Of a stretch of 54,884 bases of DNA, positions 1-10,958 are shown in pieces. The notes below the pieces were generated by a model. That model was not told the origin of the DNA, searched no databases, and was given only the letters and a program-made list of their open reading frames with translations. This DNA is from Burkholderiales bacterium (GTDB taxonomy: Bacteria > Pseudomonadota > Gammaproteobacteria > Burkholderiales > SG8-39): positions 1 to 54,884 of the forward strand of contig JBQMQE010000003.1 of NCBI GenBank assembly GCA_052172655.1, read 5' to 3'. The first letter of the stretch is position 1. Every line of letters begins with the position of its first letter. The translations under genes were made by a program, and so were the position numbers.

Positions 1-1463
1 TCGTGGGCGGCATCGTGCCCGTGCGCGTCCTTGGCTGCGGCATCGCCGGCGTTATAAGCATGGCCGGCGTCATGCCCGTGGCCGGCGTCATGCGCGGCGA
101 AACGCTCCGCGCCGTGGAAGGTATAAAAGATCAGGCGGAAGGAATACAGGCCGCCGACGAACACCCCGGCGAGCACCATCAGATAGGCGAAACCGGCGCC
201 CGGTGTGTGCGACAGATGCACCGCCTCCAGGATCGAGTCCTTGGAGAAGAATCCGGCGAACGGCGGCAACCCGGCATTCGCAAGCGCGCCGATCAACATC
301 GTAATGTAGGTGATCGGCATGTATTTGCGCAGGCCGCCCATTTTGCGCATGTCCTGCTCGTGGTGCAGCGCGATGATCACCGAGCCCGCGCCGAGGAACA
401 GCACCGCCTTGAAGAAAGCGTGCGTCATGAGGTGGAACATGCCGACCGAATAGGCGGACGCGCCCAGCGCGACAGTCATGTAGCCGAGCTGCGACAGGGT
501 CGAATAGGCGATCACGCGCTTGATGTCGTACTGCACCACGGCGATCAGGGACATGAAGAAGGCGGTGATGCCGCCGATCACCAGCACTACGGTGAGCGCC
601 GCATCCGACAATTCGAACAGCGGCGACATGCGCGACACCATGAATATGCCGGCGGTCACCATCGTCGCCGCGTGGATCAGGGCCGAGATCGGCGTCGGGC
701 CTTCCATCGAATCGGGCAGCCAGACGTGCAGCGGAAACTGCGCCGACTTGCCCATGGCGCCGATGAACAGGCAGATGCAGATCACCGAAATCAGCAGCCA
801 GGGCGCGCCGGGTATGATCTCTATGGTAGTTTTGACGATCCCCGGCGCCTGCGCGAACACGGTGGCGTAATCGAGCGTGCCGAAATTGGCCAGTATCAGG
901 CCGATACCGAGCAGAAAGCCGAAGTCGCCGACGCGATTCACCAGGAACGCCTTGAGGTTGGCGAATATCGCCGTCGGCCGCGTGTACCAGAAGCCGATCA
1001 GCAGGTAGGACACCAGGCCCACCGCCTCCCAGCCGAAGAACAGTTGCAGGAAGTTGTTGGCCATCACCAGCATCAGCATGGAGAAGGTGAACAAAGCAAT
1101 ATACGAGAAGAATCGCTGGTAGCCCGGGTCGTCCGCCATGTAGCCGATGGTGTAGATGTGCACCATGAGCGAGACGAAGCTCACCACCACCATCATCAGC
1201 GCCGTCAGCCGGTCGATCAGAAAACCGATCTCGAAGCGAGTCTCGCCCGAGATCAGCCAGGTGTAGACGCTGCCGTTGAAAACGTTGCCATGCATCACGT
1301 CGAGGAATATCGCCAGCGAAGCGAGGAGCGAGACTGTCACCCCGAGGATGGCCGCCCAGTGGGCACCGGCGCGGCCGATGGCGCGCCCGCCCAGACCCGC
1401 GATCAGGGCGCCGGCGAGGGGCGCGAGCGGCACCAGCAGGTAGAGTTGCTGCATCGATGTCAT
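1..1463 (-). CDS. nuoL: NADH-quinone oxidoreductase subunit L, N-terminal ~487 codons (C-terminus lies beyond the left edge)
   Basis: Absent from the ORF track because it runs off the window. My own translation of the minus strand from ATG at 1463..1461 gives MTSMQQLYLLVPLAPLAGALIAG...WEAVGLVSYLLIGFWY...HVWLPDSMEGPTPISALIHAATMVTAG...AYSTLSQLGYM, which are canonical NuoL antiporter-like motifs. It lies directly downstream of nuoK. Confidence 0.93.
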   Translation of the reverse strand, partial: MTSMQQLYLLVPLAPLAGALIAGLGGRAIGRAGAHWAAILGVTVSLLASLAIFLDVMHGNVFNGSVYTWLISGETRFEIGFLIDRLTALMMVVVSFVSLMVHIYTIGYMADDPGYQRFFSYIALFTFSMLMLVMANNFLQLFFGWEAVGLVSYLLIGFWYTRPTAIFANLKAFLVNRVGDFGFLLGIGLILANFGTLDYATVFAQAPGIVKTTIEIIPGAPWLLISVICICLFIGAMGKSAQFPLHVWLPDSMEGPTPISALIHAATMVTAGIFMVSRMSPLFELSDAALTVVLVIGGITAFFMSLIAVVQYDIKRVIAYSTLSQLGYMTVALGASAYSVGMFHLMTHAFFKAVLFLGAGSVIIALHHEQDMRKMGGLRKYMPITYITMLIGALANAGLPPFAGFFSKDSILEAVHLSHTPGAGFAYLMVLAGVFVGGLYSFRLIFYTFHGAERFAAHDAGHGHDAGHAYNAGDAAAKDAHGHDAAH

Positions 1464-1570
1464 AGCGTTGTGGCGGGTAATGAATGCGGGCCATGCGTCA
1501 GGACATAGGACAGACCCAGCGCCCGCCCGCCCCTGCCTTGTGCCCGTTGCTCCTTACCCATTGCCTTCCT

Positions 1571-1891
1571 TTAGCCCTTCAATGCATTCAGGTCGTCGAC
1601 GTTGATGGTGTGCAGATTGCGGAACAGCACCACCAGGATTGCAAGGCCGATGGCCGACTCGGCCGCCGCCACGGTCAGGATGAAAAACACGAACACCTGC
1701 CCGGAAATGTCATGCAGGTAATGCGAGAAGGCGATGAAGTTCATGTTCACCGCCAGCAGCATCAGCTCGATCGCCATCAGCAGAATGATGACGTTTTTCC
1801 GGTTCAGGAAAATGCCGACGACGCTGATGGCAAACAGCAGCGCGCCGAGTATCAGAAAGTGCGACAGCGATAGCGCGGATAGCGACGGCAC
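1571..1891 (-). CDS. nuoK: NADH-quinone oxidoreductase subunit K
   Basis: 106-aa three-TM protein with [44 protein letters not shown], typical of NuoK. GTG start lies 2 nt after the nuoJ stop. Confidence 0.9.
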   Translation of the reverse strand: MPSLSALSLSHFLILGALLFAISVVGIFLNRKNVIILLMAIELMLLAVNMNFIAFSHYLHDISGQVFVFFILTVAAAESAIGLAILVVLFRNLHTINVDDLNALKG

Positions 1892-1893
1892 GA

Positions 1894-2502
1894 TCAGGTT
1901 TCCTTCTTCTCGGACGGCATGGAGACAAGGCGCACGCGGTCGGCGCGCTTGACCGCGACCTGCTGCGACGGGTCCTGGTGCTTGCTGTCCTTGCGCCCGC
2001 GCAGGGTCAGCGCGATCGCCGCGACGATGGCGACCAGCAGGATCACTGCGGCGAGTTCGAACGGATAGACGTAGTCGGTGTAAAGGATCCGGCCCAGTTC
2101 CTTGGTGTTGCTGTAGGCCGCGCCCGGATCGGCCGGGTTGGGCAGGTGCTCCGTGCCGAAATACTTGCCGCCCAGCACCAGCACCATCTCGATCACCATC
2201 AGCAAGCCGACCGCCGCGCCGAGCGGCAGGTAGCTCCAGAAGCCCTCGCGCAGCCGGTCGAGATTGATGTCGAGCATCATCACCACGAACAGGAACAGCA
2301 CCATCACCGCGCCGACGTAGACCAGCACCAGGACGATCGCCAGGAATTCGGCCCGCAGCAGCATCCAGATGGCGGCGGCGGTGAAGAACGCGAGCACCAG
2401 GAACAGCGCCGCGTGCACGGGATTACGCGCGGTAATGACGCGCAGCGCCGCGATCAGCAGGACGCCCGAGAAAAAGTAAAAAACTATGACTTCGACATTC
2501 AT
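1894..2502 (-). CDS. nuoJ: NADH-quinone oxidoreductase subunit J
   Basis: ORF 1894..2547 trimmed to the ATG at 2502 ([36 protein letters not shown]), 7 nt after the nuoI stop. Hydrophobic NuoJ-like sequence in the expected operon position. Confidence 0.88.
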   Translation of the reverse strand: MNVEVIVFYFFSGVLLIAALRVITARNPVHAALFLVLAFFTAAAIWMLLRAEFLAIVLVLVYVGAVMVLFLFVVMMLDINLDRLREGFWSYLPLGAAVGLLMVIEMVLVLGGKYFGTEHLPNPADPGAAYSNTKELGRILYTDYVYPFELAAVILLVAIVAAIALTLRGRKDSKHQDPSQQVAVKRADRVRLVSMPSEKKET

Positions 2503-2509
2503 CGGTTCA

Positions 2510-3001
2510 TCACCGGTACGCCGCGTCGCTGGCGCGGTCCTTGGCAATCTCCGCTTCGTAACGGTCCCCCACCGCGAGCAGCATCTCCTTGGTGTAGTGC
2601 AGGTCGCTGCGCTTCTCGCCGTGGTATTCGAGGATGCGCGTCTCGACGATGGAATCGACGGGACAGGACTCTTCGCAAAAACCGCAGAAAATGCATTTGT
2701 TCAGGTCGATGTCGTAGCGCGTGGTGCGGCGCGTGCCGTCGGCGCGCTCTTCGGACTCGATGGTGATCGCCAGCGCCGGGCACACCGCCTCGCACAGCTT
2801 GCACGCGATGCAGCGCTCCTCGCCGTTGGGATAGCGGCGCAGTGCGTGCAGGCCGCGAAAGCGCGCCGACTGCGGCGTATGCTCCTCCGGATACTGCACC
2901 GTGATCTTGCGCGCGAACATGTAGCGCCCGGTCACCGCCAGTCCCTTCAACAGCTCGAACAGCAGGAAGGTCTTGAAGAATTCGCGGATTTTCTCAGCCA
3001 T
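2510..3001 (-). CDS. nuoI: NADH-quinone oxidoreductase subunit I (2x[4Fe-4S] ferredoxin-type)
   Basis: 163 aa with two CxxCxxCxxxCP motifs ([24 protein letters not shown]), in the expected position between nuoH and nuoJ. Confidence 0.95.
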   Translation of the reverse strand: MAEKIREFFKTFLLFELLKGLAVTGRYMFARKITVQYPEEHTPQSARFRGLHALRRYPNGEERCIACKLCEAVCPALAITIESEERADGTRRTTRYDIDLNKCIFCGFCEESCPVDSIVETRILEYHGEKRSDLHYTKEMLLAVGDRYEAEIAKDRASDAAYR

Positions 3002-3007
3002 GGCGCA

Positions 3008-4105
3008 TCATTTCCAGATTGAGAACGGGGTCTGCATCCACGCGGCGATCAGCACCAGCCAGACGATGGTCAGCGGAATGAACACCTTCCAGCCCAGGCG
3101 CATGATCTGGTCATAGCGATAACGCGGGAACGTCGCCCGGAACCACAGGAACAGAAACAGCACGCACAACACTTTGGCGAACAGCCAGACGAAGCCGGGG
3201 ACGGCGTTGAACACGGCCGAGTCCAGCGGCGCGGCCCAGCCGCCGAAAAACATGATGGTGGTGAGCATGGCCACCAGGATCATGTTGGCATACTCGCCCA
3301 TGGAGAACACGCCGAACAGCATGCCGGAATATTCGACGTGGAAGCCGACGATCTCCGATTCGCCCTCGGCCATGTCGAACGGCGCGCGCTGGGTCTCGGC
3401 CACGCCGGAGATGAAATACACCAGCAGCATGGGCGCGAGCGGCAGCCAGTTCCAGGAGAGGAAGTTGAGGCCCATGTCGGCGAAATAGCCTTTTTCCTGG
3501 CCGCCGACGATGTCGGTGAGATTGAGGCTTTGCGACACCAGCAGCACGCACACCAGGGCAAAACCCATGGCGATCTCGTAGGAGACGATCTGCGCCGCCG
3601 CGCGCATCGCGCCGAGGAAAGCGTATTTCGAATTCGACGCCCAGCCGGCGACGATGATGCCGTACACCCCCATCGAGGTGATCGCCATGATGTAGAGCAG
3701 CCCCGCATTGACATCGGCCAGCACCACCTGCGGGCTGAACGGCACCACCGCCCAGGCGGCCATTGCCACAGTGAGCGTGATCACCGGCGCGAGCACGAAC
3801 AGAATCTTGTCGGCTCCGGAGGGGAAGATGAGTTCCTTGAACATCAGCTTGACGCCGTCAGCGATCGGCTGTAGCAGGCCCAGGGGCCCCACGCGGTTGG
3901 GACCGATGCGCACCTGCATATAGCCGATGACCTTGCGCTCGAGCAGCGTCAAGTAGGCCACCGCGCCCAGGAGCGGCGCGACGATGAGCATGATCAGCAC
4001 CGACGTTTTGACCAGGGTGAAAATGGCCGTGCCCAACGCCGGACCGAACAGGCCCTGGGCGAATTCGAGCCCGATGGCGATAATTTTGGCGTACAGCTCC
4101 ATCAT
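3008..4105 (-). CDS. nuoH: NADH-quinone oxidoreductase subunit H
   Basis: ORF 3008..4306 trimmed to the ATG at 4105 (MMELYAKII...[34 protein letters not shown]). This ATG overlaps the nuoG TAA by 1 nt (TAATGATG). Confidence 0.92.
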   Translation of the reverse strand: MMELYAKIIAIGLEFAQGLFGPALGTAIFTLVKTSVLIMLIVAPLLGAVAYLTLLERKVIGYMQVRIGPNRVGPLGLLQPIADGVKLMFKELIFPSGADKILFVLAPVITLTVAMAAWAVVPFSPQVVLADVNAGLLYIMAITSMGVYGIIVAGWASNSKYAFLGAMRAAAQIVSYEIAMGFALVCVLLVSQSLNLTDIVGGQEKGYFADMGLNFLSWNWLPLAPMLLVYFISGVAETQRAPFDMAEGESEIVGFHVEYSGMLFGVFSMGEYANMILVAMLTTIMFFGGWAAPLDSAVFNAVPGFVWLFAKVLCVLFLFLWFRATFPRYRYDQIMRLGWKVFIPLTIVWLVLIAAWMQTPFSIWK

Positions 4106-6435
4106 TAGCGCGGCTCCACCGTGACTTCGCCGAACATCGGCCCCAGATCCCTGGTCGCGGCATGCGCCGCGGCGACGCGCACGCAATCCTGCGGCAGGCG
4201 CTCGTCGCAGGCGGCGTTCAATACCGCCTCGCCTGCCCCCTGTTTCACTTTCACCGCCTGGCCTTCGGTCAAGCGCAGTCTGGCGAGCAGCGCCGCGTTC
4301 ATCCACGCGCGCGGCGGCGCGGCATCACGCGTCTGTTGCAGCGACGCGGCGCGGCGCACAATCGCGTCGCTGGCATAGATGGGGACTTCGGCAATTCGCT
4401 GCAGTCCCGCGGATGCGGCCGGAATCTGCAGCGCGATCCCGCTCAGCCGGTTGTCCAGCTTTGCGGCTACCTGATCGGGCTTGGCGATCTCGTCGCGCAC
4501 TTGCTCGCTGCTGTCGTAGTCAAAACCGGCAAGCTCGAGCAGGTTGCCCAGCACGCGCAACACTTTCCACGCCGGACGCGCCTCGCCCAGGGGTTTGACC
4601 ACGCCGTTGAAGCTTTGCATGCGGCCCTCGGCGTTGACGAACGTACCCGAGGTTTCCGTAAACGGTGCAATCGGCAGCAGCGCGTTGGCGTAGTCGGGGG
4701 CGGAACCCTTGTACGCCGACAGGCAAATCACGAATTCCGCCTGCTGCATGGCTTTGAGCGCTGCGCGCGGATCATGGCAATCGAACTCGGGTTCGGCGTT
4801 CAGCAGTACATAGGCTTTGCGCGGCTGGGCCAGCATGGCGGCCGCATCGAGGCCGCCCGCTCCGGGCACGGCCTGGGCCAGGAAACCGCCGACGCTGTTG
4901 GCGGCCTCGCCGAAAAAGCCGAAACCTGCGCCCAGCAGTCCGGCCAGTTCCTGCGCCAGCAGGCGCAGTTGAGTCGCCTGCGGGTGCTGCGCGGCCAGAT
5001 TGCCGAGAAAAATGCCGGCGTTCGTGCCCGAGACGAGGCTGGCGGCAATGGCTTTTGCTTGCGCGCCGACTTTGATTTCGGCCAGCGCAGCGGGCACCGG
5101 TTTCTGTTTCGATTCCGCCGACGCTTTCACCACCTGCGCCAGCAATTCGGGCAATTCCTGCGGCGGCACGATGGCCTTGTTGGCGAGCGTCAGCAGCAAA
5201 TCGTCGTCGGTGGCATGAATCAGATTGACCTGCTGGCCGCGCTTGGCCGCCTGGCGCAAACGGTTGGCGACGAGCGGATGGTCCTTGCGCAGGAAGGAGC
5301 CGACGATGAGCACGCGGTCTAGGCCGCCGATGTCGGCGATCTTCATGCCCAGCCAGGGCGCGCCGGTTTGCTTCTGGTCTGCGGAAAAATCCGACTGGCG
5401 CAGGCGGAAATCGATGTTCTGGCTGCCGATTCCGCGCATCAACTTCCCCAGCAGGTACAACTCTTCCAGCGTGGAGTGCGGCGCGGCGAGCGCACCCAGC
5501 GCCTCGCCCCCGTGCTGCGCCTGGACGTTTTTCAGGCCCTTCGCCACCGCGGCCAGCGCCTGCTGCCAGTCCACTTCCTGCCACTGCCCATCGATCTTGA
5601 GCATGGGTTGGGTCAGGCGGTCGTCGCAATTCAGACCCTCGTAGGAGAAGCGGTCGCGATCGGTGAGCCAGCATTCGTTCAGTTCCTCGTTCTCCAGCGG
5701 CAGCACCCGCTTGACCTTGTTCGCCATCACCTGCACCACGAGGTTGGAGCCGAGGCTGTCGTGCGGGCTCACCGATTTCCTGCGCGCGAGTTCCCAGGTG
5801 CGGGCGCTGTAGCGAAACGGCTTGCTGGTGAGCGCGCCCACCGGGCACAGGTCGATCATGTTGCCGGAAAGTTCGGAATCGACCGAGCGTCCGACGAAGG
5901 ACACGATTTCCGCGTGCTCGCCGCGCCCCATCATGCCCAGTTCCATCACGCCGGCGATCTCCTGGCCGAAACGCACGCAGCGGGTGCAGTGGATGCAGCG
6001 GCTCATCTCTTCCATCGAGATCAGCGGACCGACGCTCTTGTGGAATACCACGCGCTTCTCTTCCTGGTAGCGCGAGGCGCTCTTGCCGTAACCCACCGCG
6101 AGGTCCTGCAACAGGCATTCGCCGCCCTGATCGCAGATCGGGCAGTCGAGCGGGTGGTTGATCAGCAGGAATTCCATCACCGCCTTCTGCGCGGTCCTGG
6201 CGTACTCGGATTCCGTAAATACCTTCATGCCGTCGGTGACCGGCGTCGCGCAGGCCGGCAGCGGCTTGGGCGCCTTCTCCACCTGCACCAGGCACATGCG
6301 GCAATTGGCGGCGATGGACAGCTTCTTGTGATAGCAGAAGTGCGGAATGGCGATACCGAGCGCGTTGGCCGCGTCCATCACGGTGGCGCCGCTGTGCACC
6401 TCGATCTGCCTGCCGTCTATTTCTACTATTGGCAT
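4105..6435 (-). CDS. nuoG: NADH-quinone oxidoreductase subunit G (Fe-S, molybdopterin-like fold)
   Basis: ORF 4105..6498 trimmed to the ATG at 6435 ([13 protein letters not shown]...[24 protein letters not shown]). 2Fe-2S and 4Fe-4S Cys clusters are present ([20 protein letters not shown]). The start lies 7 nt after the nuoF stop. Confidence 0.93.
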   Translation of the reverse strand: MPIVEIDGRQIEVHSGATVMDAANALGIAIPHFCYHKKLSIAANCRMCLVQVEKAPKPLPACATPVTDGMKVFTESEYARTAQKAVMEFLLINHPLDCPICDQGGECLLQDLAVGYGKSASRYQEEKRVVFHKSVGPLISMEEMSRCIHCTRCVRFGQEIAGVMELGMMGRGEHAEIVSFVGRSVDSELSGNMIDLCPVGALTSKPFRYSARTWELARRKSVSPHDSLGSNLVVQVMANKVKRVLPLENEELNECWLTDRDRFSYEGLNCDDRLTQPMLKIDGQWQEVDWQQALAAVAKGLKNVQAQHGGEALGALAAPHSTLEELYLLGKLMRGIGSQNIDFRLRQSDFSADQKQTGAPWLGMKIADIGGLDRVLIVGSFLRKDHPLVANRLRQAAKRGQQVNLIHATDDDLLLTLANKAIVPPQELPELLAQVVKASAESKQKPVPAALAEIKVGAQAKAIAASLVSGTNAGIFLGNLAAQHPQATQLRLLAQELAGLLGAGFGFFGEAANSVGGFLAQAVPGAGGLDAAAMLAQPRKAYVLLNAEPEFDCHDPRAALKAMQQAEFVICLSAYKGSAPDYANALLPIAPFTETSGTFVNAEGRMQSFNGVVKPLGEARPAWKVLRVLGNLLELAGFDYDSSEQVRDEIAKPDQVAAKLDNRLSGIALQIPAASAGLQRIAEVPIYASDAIVRRAASLQQTRDAAPPRAWMNAALLARLRLTEGQAVKVKQGAGEAVLNAACDERLPQDCVRVAAAHAATRDLGPMFGEVTVEPR

Positions 6436-6442
6436 GTCGTTC

Positions 6443-7771
6443 TCAGGCCGCCTTCTCGGCGGTGGCGGCAGCAGCGGTGAAGTAGCCGCCGGGCACACTC
6501 ACCAGGCAGCGCTTGTGGTCGACGTGATACTGGAATTCGTCGCGGAAATGGTTGAGAAAGCTTTTCACCGGCAGCGCCGCCGCGTCCCCGAGTGCGCAGA
6601 TGGTGCGCCCGGCGATATTGTCGGCGACGTTGGTGAGCAGATCCAGGTCTTCCTGCCGCCCCTTGCCGTGTTCTATGCGGTGGACCATGCGGTACATCCA
6701 GCCGGTGCCCTCGCGGCAGGGCGTGCACTGGCCGCAGGACTCCTCGAAATAGAAATACGACAGGCGCTCCAGCGCGCGCACCATGCAGGTGGTCTCGTCC
6801 ATGACGATCACCGCGCCCGAGCCGAGCATGGAGCCGGCCTTGGCAATCGAGTCGTAATCCAAGTCGGTCTGCATCATGATGTGGCCGGGCAGCACCGGCG
6901 CCGACGAGCCGCCGGGAATAACCGCCTTGATTTTTCTGCCGCCGCGCATCCCGCCCGCCATCTCCAGCAGCGTCGCGAACGGCGTGCCCAGCCTGACTTC
7001 GTAGTTGCCCGGCCGGTTGACGTGGCCGGAGACGGAGAACAGCTTGGTGCCGCCGTTGTTGGGCCGGCCCAGGGCGAGGAAAGCATCGCCGCCGTTGTTG
7101 ATGATCCAGGGCACCGCGGCGAAAGTCTCGGTGTTGTTGATGGTGGTGGGCTTGCCGTACAGGCCGAAGCTTGCCGGGAACGGCGGCTTGAAGCGCGGCT
7201 GGCCTTTCTTGCCTTCGATCGACTCGAGCAGGCCGGTCTCCTCGCCGCAGATGTAGGCGCCCCAGCCGTGCACCGCGTGCAGTTCGAACGAAAAATCGGC
7301 GCCGAGGATGTTCTTGCCGAGGTAGCCGGCGGCGCGCGCCTCCTCCAGTGCCTGCTCGAACAATTCGTATTCGGCCCAGATTTCCCCATGGATGTAGTTG
7401 TAGCCGACCGCGGTACCCATCGCGTAGGCGGCGATGATCATGCCCTCGATCAGCATGTGCGGATTGTAGCGGATGATGTCGCGATCCTTGAACGTGCCCG
7501 GCTCGCCTTCGTCGGTGTTGCATACGAGGTATTTGGGCCCCGTGTACTGCTTCGGCATGAAGCTCCACTTGAGCCCGGCCGGAAAACCGGCGCCGCCGCG
7601 GCCGCGCAGCCCGGATTTCTTGACTTCGGCGATGACCGCCTCGGGCGTGGTCTTCTCGCCGAGGATCTTCTTCAGCGCGCCATAACCGCCGCGCGCCTCG
7701 TAATCCTTGAGGTGCCAATTGGCGCCGTCCAGGCCCTTCATCAGGATCGCGTCGGGACCGTAGTCGAGCAT
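6443..7771 (-). CDS. nuoF: NADH-quinone oxidoreductase subunit F (NADH/FMN-binding)
   Basis: ORF 6443..7987 trimmed to the ATG at 7771 ([16 protein letters not shown]...). Contains [16 protein letters not shown] (FMN/NADH site) and [12 protein letters not shown] (N3 cluster). The ATG overlaps the nuoE TGA by 1 nt. Confidence 0.93.
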   Translation of the reverse strand: MLDYGPDAILMKGLDGANWHLKDYEARGGYGALKKILGEKTTPEAVIAEVKKSGLRGRGGAGFPAGLKWSFMPKQYTGPKYLVCNTDEGEPGTFKDRDIIRYNPHMLIEGMIIAAYAMGTAVGYNYIHGEIWAEYELFEQALEEARAAGYLGKNILGADFSFELHAVHGWGAYICGEETGLLESIEGKKGQPRFKPPFPASFGLYGKPTTINNTETFAAVPWIINNGGDAFLALGRPNNGGTKLFSVSGHVNRPGNYEVRLGTPFATLLEMAGGMRGGRKIKAVIPGGSSAPVLPGHIMMQTDLDYDSIAKAGSMLGSGAVIVMDETTCMVRALERLSYFYFEESCGQCTPCREGTGWMYRMVHRIEHGKGRQEDLDLLTNVADNIAGRTICALGDAAALPVKSFLNHFRDEFQYHVDHKRCLVSVPGGYFTAAAATAEKAA

Positions 7772-8244
7772 CACTTCAGCTCCGAGAGCAGTTGATCGAG
7801 CTTCTCGTGCGACATCTTGCTGCACATGCGCTTGTTGTTCACCAGCAGCACCGGCGCGTCGCCGCAGGCGCCCATGCACTCGCCCTGCTTCAGCGTGATG
7901 CGGCCATCGGCGGTAGTTTCGTTGAATCCAACGCCGAGGCGGTGCTTCAGATGCTCGGCTGCGTCGGCGCCGCCGGACAGCGCGCACGGCAGGTTGGTGC
8001 AGACGGTGAGCTTGTGCCTGCCGCCGGGTTCGAGGTTGTACATGTTGTAAAAGCTCGCCACCTCGTACACCGCGATCGGCGGCATGCCCAGGTAATGCGC
8101 AACGTAATCCATGGTCTCGGTCGCGAGCCAGCCTTTCTCGTCCTGCGCGATCGCCAGCGCCGCGATCACCGCCGACTGCTTCTGCTCGGCCGGAAATTTA
8201 GCGATCTCGCGATCGATTGTCTTCAACGATTCTGCGCTCAGCAT
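7771..8244 (-). CDS. nuoE: NADH-quinone oxidoreductase subunit E (2Fe-2S)
   Basis: The ORF-track start at 8277 is a TTG inside a palindrome. Trimmed to the ATG at 8244 ([30 protein letters not shown]), the usual NuoE N-terminus. Carries the CTNLPC...CMGACGDAP cluster ligands. Confidence 0.9.
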   Translation of the reverse strand: MLSAESLKTIDREIAKFPAEQKQSAVIAALAIAQDEKGWLATETMDYVAHYLGMPPIAVYEVASFYNMYNLEPGGRHKLTVCTNLPCALSGGADAAEHLKHRLGVGFNETTADGRITLKQGECMGACGDAPVLLVNNKRMCSKMSHEKLDQLLSELK

Positions 8245-8267
8245 TTCATTCACCAAATAACTAATAA

Positions 8268-8362
8268 CCTGTTGCAAGATCTATCTTGCAACAGGCCGAC
8301 CTAGGGGAGCACGAGGGGAAACGCCCCGAAGGAAGTCCCCTTGGGGGATTTCCCCTCGTCTC
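8268..8362. repeat. Structured palindromic element in the nuoD-nuoE spacer
   Basis: Perfect 28-bp palindrome cctgttgcaagat-ct-atcttgcaacagg (8268..8295). It is followed by CCTAGG and a nested inverted repeat, gag-c-acgaggggaaa (8307..8321) pairing with tttcccctcgt-ctc (8349..8362), which encloses the ccccttgggg palindrome. Confidence 0.7.
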
Positions 8363-8382
8363 CAAATATCTTATTTCGCCGC

Positions 8383-9636
8383 TCACCTGTCGATCTCGCC
8401 GAATACGAAATCCAGCGTGCCGATGATCGCGACCACGTCGGCGATCATGTGGCCGCGCGACATCTCGTTCAGTCCCTGCAGATGGTTGAAACCGGCGCCA
8501 CGGATTTTTACGCGGTAGGGCTTGTTCGCCCCGTCCGACACGATGTAGACGCCGAACTCGCCCTTGGGGTGCTCGACTGCGGCGTAGGTTTCGCCCGCGG
8601 GCACGCGAAAACCCTCGGTAAAGAGCTTGAAATGATGGATCAGCTCTTCCATGCTGCCCTTCATGTCGGCGCGCGCGGGCGGCGCGATCTTGTGGTTGTC
8701 CACGATCACCGGGCCGGGATTCGCGCGCAGCCATTCGATGCATTGGCGGATGATGCGATTGGACTGGCGCAGCTCTTCAACCCGACACAGGTAACGGTCG
8801 TAAGTGTCGCCGTTCACGCCCACCGGTATGTCGAAGTCCATGCGCTCGTACACTTCGTAGGGTTGTTTCTTCCTCAGGTCCCAGGCGACGCCCGAGCCGC
8901 GCAGCATGACGCCGGTAAAGCCGAGCTCGATCGCCCGCTCGGGCGAGATCACGCCGATGCCCACCGTACGCTGCTTCCAGATGCGATTGTCGGTGAGCAG
9001 GGTTTCGTATTCGTCGATGTGCGCCGGAAAACGCTCGGTGAAATCCTCGATGAAGTCGAGCAGGCTGCCCGAGCGGCTGTCGTTCAATCTTGCGACCGCA
9101 TCGGCGCCATGGATTTTTGATTTCTCGTAGCGCGGCATGACATCGGGCAGATCGCGATACACGCCTCCCGGGCGGTAGTAGGCCGCGTGCACGCGCGCCC
9201 CCGACACCGCCTCGTACATGTCGAACAGGTCCTCGCGTTCGCGAAAGCAATACAGGAACATGGTCATCGCGCCGATATCGAGGCCGTGGGCGCCGAGGAA
9301 CAGCAGATGGCTCAGGATGCGGGTGATTTCGTCGAACATGACGCGGATGTATTGCGCGCGCTCGGGGATCTGGATGCCGAGCAGGCGCTCCACTGCCAGG
9401 CAATAGGCGTGTTCGTTCGCCATGACGGAGAAGTAGTCCATCCGGTCCATGTAGGGCAGCGCCTGGACATAGGTCTTGTGCTCGGCCAGTTTTTCCGTCG
9501 CGCGGTGCAGCATGCCGATGTGAGCGTCGGCGTTCATCACCACTTCGCCGTCCATTTCCAGCACCAGGCGCAGCACGCCGTGCGCGGCCGGATGCTGTGG
9601 CCCGAAGTTCATCGTGTAGTTGCGAATCTCAGCCAT
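8383..9636 (-). CDS. nuoD: NADH-quinone oxidoreductase subunit D
   Basis: ORF 8383..9696 trimmed to the ATG at 9636 ([33 protein letters not shown]), 1 nt after the nuoC TGA. Classic 49-kDa subunit sequence. Confidence 0.95.
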   Translation of the reverse strand: MAEIRNYTMNFGPQHPAAHGVLRLVLEMDGEVVMNADAHIGMLHRATEKLAEHKTYVQALPYMDRMDYFSVMANEHAYCLAVERLLGIQIPERAQYIRVMFDEITRILSHLLFLGAHGLDIGAMTMFLYCFREREDLFDMYEAVSGARVHAAYYRPGGVYRDLPDVMPRYEKSKIHGADAVARLNDSRSGSLLDFIEDFTERFPAHIDEYETLLTDNRIWKQRTVGIGVISPERAIELGFTGVMLRGSGVAWDLRKKQPYEVYERMDFDIPVGVNGDTYDRYLCRVEELRQSNRIIRQCIEWLRANPGPVIVDNHKIAPPARADMKGSMEELIHHFKLFTEGFRVPAGETYAAVEHPKGEFGVYIVSDGANKPYRVKIRGAGFNHLQGLNEMSRGHMIADVVAIIGTLDFVFGEIDR

Positions 9637-9637
9637 G

Positions 9638-10243
9638 TCAGTGCTTGCCCAGATCGCCGTACTGGTCTTCGCGGATGACGCGCGGCGTGATTTCACGCGG
9701 CTCGATCGTCACCGGCTGGTAGATCACGCGTTTTTGCTGCGGGTCGTAGCGCATCTCGACTTGGCCGGAAATCGGAAAATCCTTGCGGAACGGATGGCCG
9801 ATGAAACCGTAGTCGGTGAGTATCCGGCGCAGGTCGGGGTGGCCGGAGAACATGATGCCGAACAGATCGAAGGCCTCGCGCTCGTACCAGTTGGCGTTGT
9901 TCCAGATGCCGGTGAGCGTGTCCACCACCGGGAAATCGTCGTCCGTGGCGAACACCCGCAGCCGCACGCGCCAATTGTGTTCAATCGAGAGCAGCTGCGA
10001 GGTGGCGGCGAAGCGTCGTCCCTCCCAAACACCGTTGCCATACGCCGAATAGTCCACGCCGGCGAGATCCATGAGCTGGGCGAAAGCGAGGCCGGGCTCG
10101 TCGTGCAGCGTCTGCGCCGCAGCGACGTAGTCCGCCGCGTTCACCACCACGGTGATTTCGCCCAGCGCCTGAGTCAGGCTGACGATTCGGCTGCCGAGAG
10201 CGGCTTCCAGATTATTCTTGAGTTGTTCTAACTTACCAGCCAT
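9638..10243 (-). CDS. nuoC: NADH-quinone oxidoreductase subunit C
   Basis: 201 aa containing ERE(A)[23 protein letters not shown], a NuoC (30-kDa subunit) signature, positioned between nuoB and nuoD. Confidence 0.93.
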   Translation of the reverse strand: MAGKLEQLKNNLEAALGSRIVSLTQALGEITVVVNAADYVAAAQTLHDEPGLAFAQLMDLAGVDYSAYGNGVWEGRRFAATSQLLSIEHNWRVRLRVFATDDDFPVVDTLTGIWNNANWYEREAFDLFGIMFSGHPDLRRILTDYGFIGHPFRKDFPISGQVEMRYDPQQKRVIYQPVTIEPREITPRVIREDQYGDLGKH

Positions 10244-10269
10244 TTAGCGGACAGTTGTCTGAGCGATTG

Positions 10270-10749
10270 TTAGCGAGCGATCGTATTGGTGCGCTTAATC
10301 TTGTTCTGCAACTGGATGATGCCGTAGAGCAAAGCCTCGGCCGTGGGCGGACAGCCGGGCACGTAGATGTCCACCGGCACAATGCGGTCGCAACCGCGCA
10401 CCACCGAGTACGAATAGTGATAGTACCCGCCGCCATTGGCGCAGGAGCCCATGGAAATCACCCAGCGCGGCTCCGCCATCTGGTCGTAGACCTTGCGCAG
10501 CGCCGGCGCCATCTTATTGCACAGCGTGCCTGCGACGATCATCACGTCCGCCTGGCGTGGGCTGGGTCGAAACACGATGCCGAAGCGGTCGAGGTCGTAG
10601 CGCGCGGCGCCGGAGTGCATCATCTCGATCGCGCAGCAGGCCAGGCCGAAGGTCATCGGCCACATCGATCCGGTGCGGGTCCAGTTGATCAGCTTGTCCG
10701 CCGTGGTGGTGACGAAGCCTTCCTGCAGGATTCCTTCAATTCCCATCAC
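10270..10749 (-). CDS. nuoB: NADH-quinone oxidoreductase subunit B
   Basis: 159 aa with [15 protein letters not shown] and [14 protein letters not shown]...DIYVPGCPP (N2 cluster ligands). Confidence 0.95.
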   Translation of the reverse strand: MMGIEGILQEGFVTTTADKLINWTRTGSMWPMTFGLACCAIEMMHSGAARYDLDRFGIVFRPSPRQADVMIVAGTLCNKMAPALRKVYDQMAEPRWVISMGSCANGGGYYHYSYSVVRGCDRIVPVDIYVPGCPPTAEALLYGIIQLQNKIKRTNTIAR

Positions 10750-10787
10750 GAGCCCCGGTCAGATTATCACCGCGCCACGGGAATTGG

Positions 10788-10954
10788 GCGCCATTCGCCC
10801 GGACCGCATCCCCGCTGCGCGGGGCCCCTGCTCCTAGGCTCACTCGCGCCGCCTCCGAAAGCTCGTGAAAGCGCCACGGCCCGTGCTGTCGGCGGCCGGC
10901 GCCGTTCGCCCGGGTCGCATCCCCGCTGCGCGGGGCCCCTGCTCCTAGGCTCAC
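10788..10954. repeat. Two direct copies of a 56-bp REP-like element in the nuoA-nuoB spacer
   Basis: 10788..10843 and 10899..10954 differ at 3 of 56 positions, and the last 39 nt are identical (gcatccccgctgcgcggggcccctgctcctaggctcac). Each copy holds a ccccgc-tgc-gcgggg hairpin plus ggggcccc and cctagg palindromes. Copy 2 ends 4 nt from the nuoA stop. Confidence 0.85.
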
Positions 10955-10958
10955 GTCG

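Noticed and set aside
1-110. Repeated ggccggcgtcatgc DNA motif at the extreme left edge.
   Set aside because: It encodes a His-rich loop of NuoL (HDAGHGHDAGHAY...HGHDAAH) on the minus strand. This is a coding low-complexity stretch, not a regulatory repeat.
3-1508. Long plus-strand ORF (501 aa, His/Arg/Gly/Glu/Asp-rich) and the 468-aa minus-strand ORF 88..1494 at the left edge.
   Set aside because: Both are shadow or wrong-frame ORFs of the genuine nuoL frame, which I translated and which carries canonical NuoL motifs. Their composition is typical of off-frame GC-rich reading.
4106-4306. N-terminal extensions given by the ORF track for nuoH, nuoG (to 6498), nuoF (to 7987), nuoD (to 9696), nuoJ (to 2547), tpiA, bamE, ald, pstS, fur, yhbY, relA, mtfA and DUF2062.
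   Set aside because: The extensions overlap the preceding gene and are Arg/Pro-rich. Internal ATGs placed at or next to the upstream stop codon reproduce the family-typical N-termini.
10736-10954. 72-aa ORF spanning the nuoA-nuoB spacer, with internally repeated SLGAGAPRSGDA.RANGA.
   Set aside because: The protein-level repeat is just the translation of the duplicated 56-bp REP-like DNA element. There is no SD and the composition is implausible. Two copies also do not make a CRISPR array: there is no third repeat and there are no cas genes.
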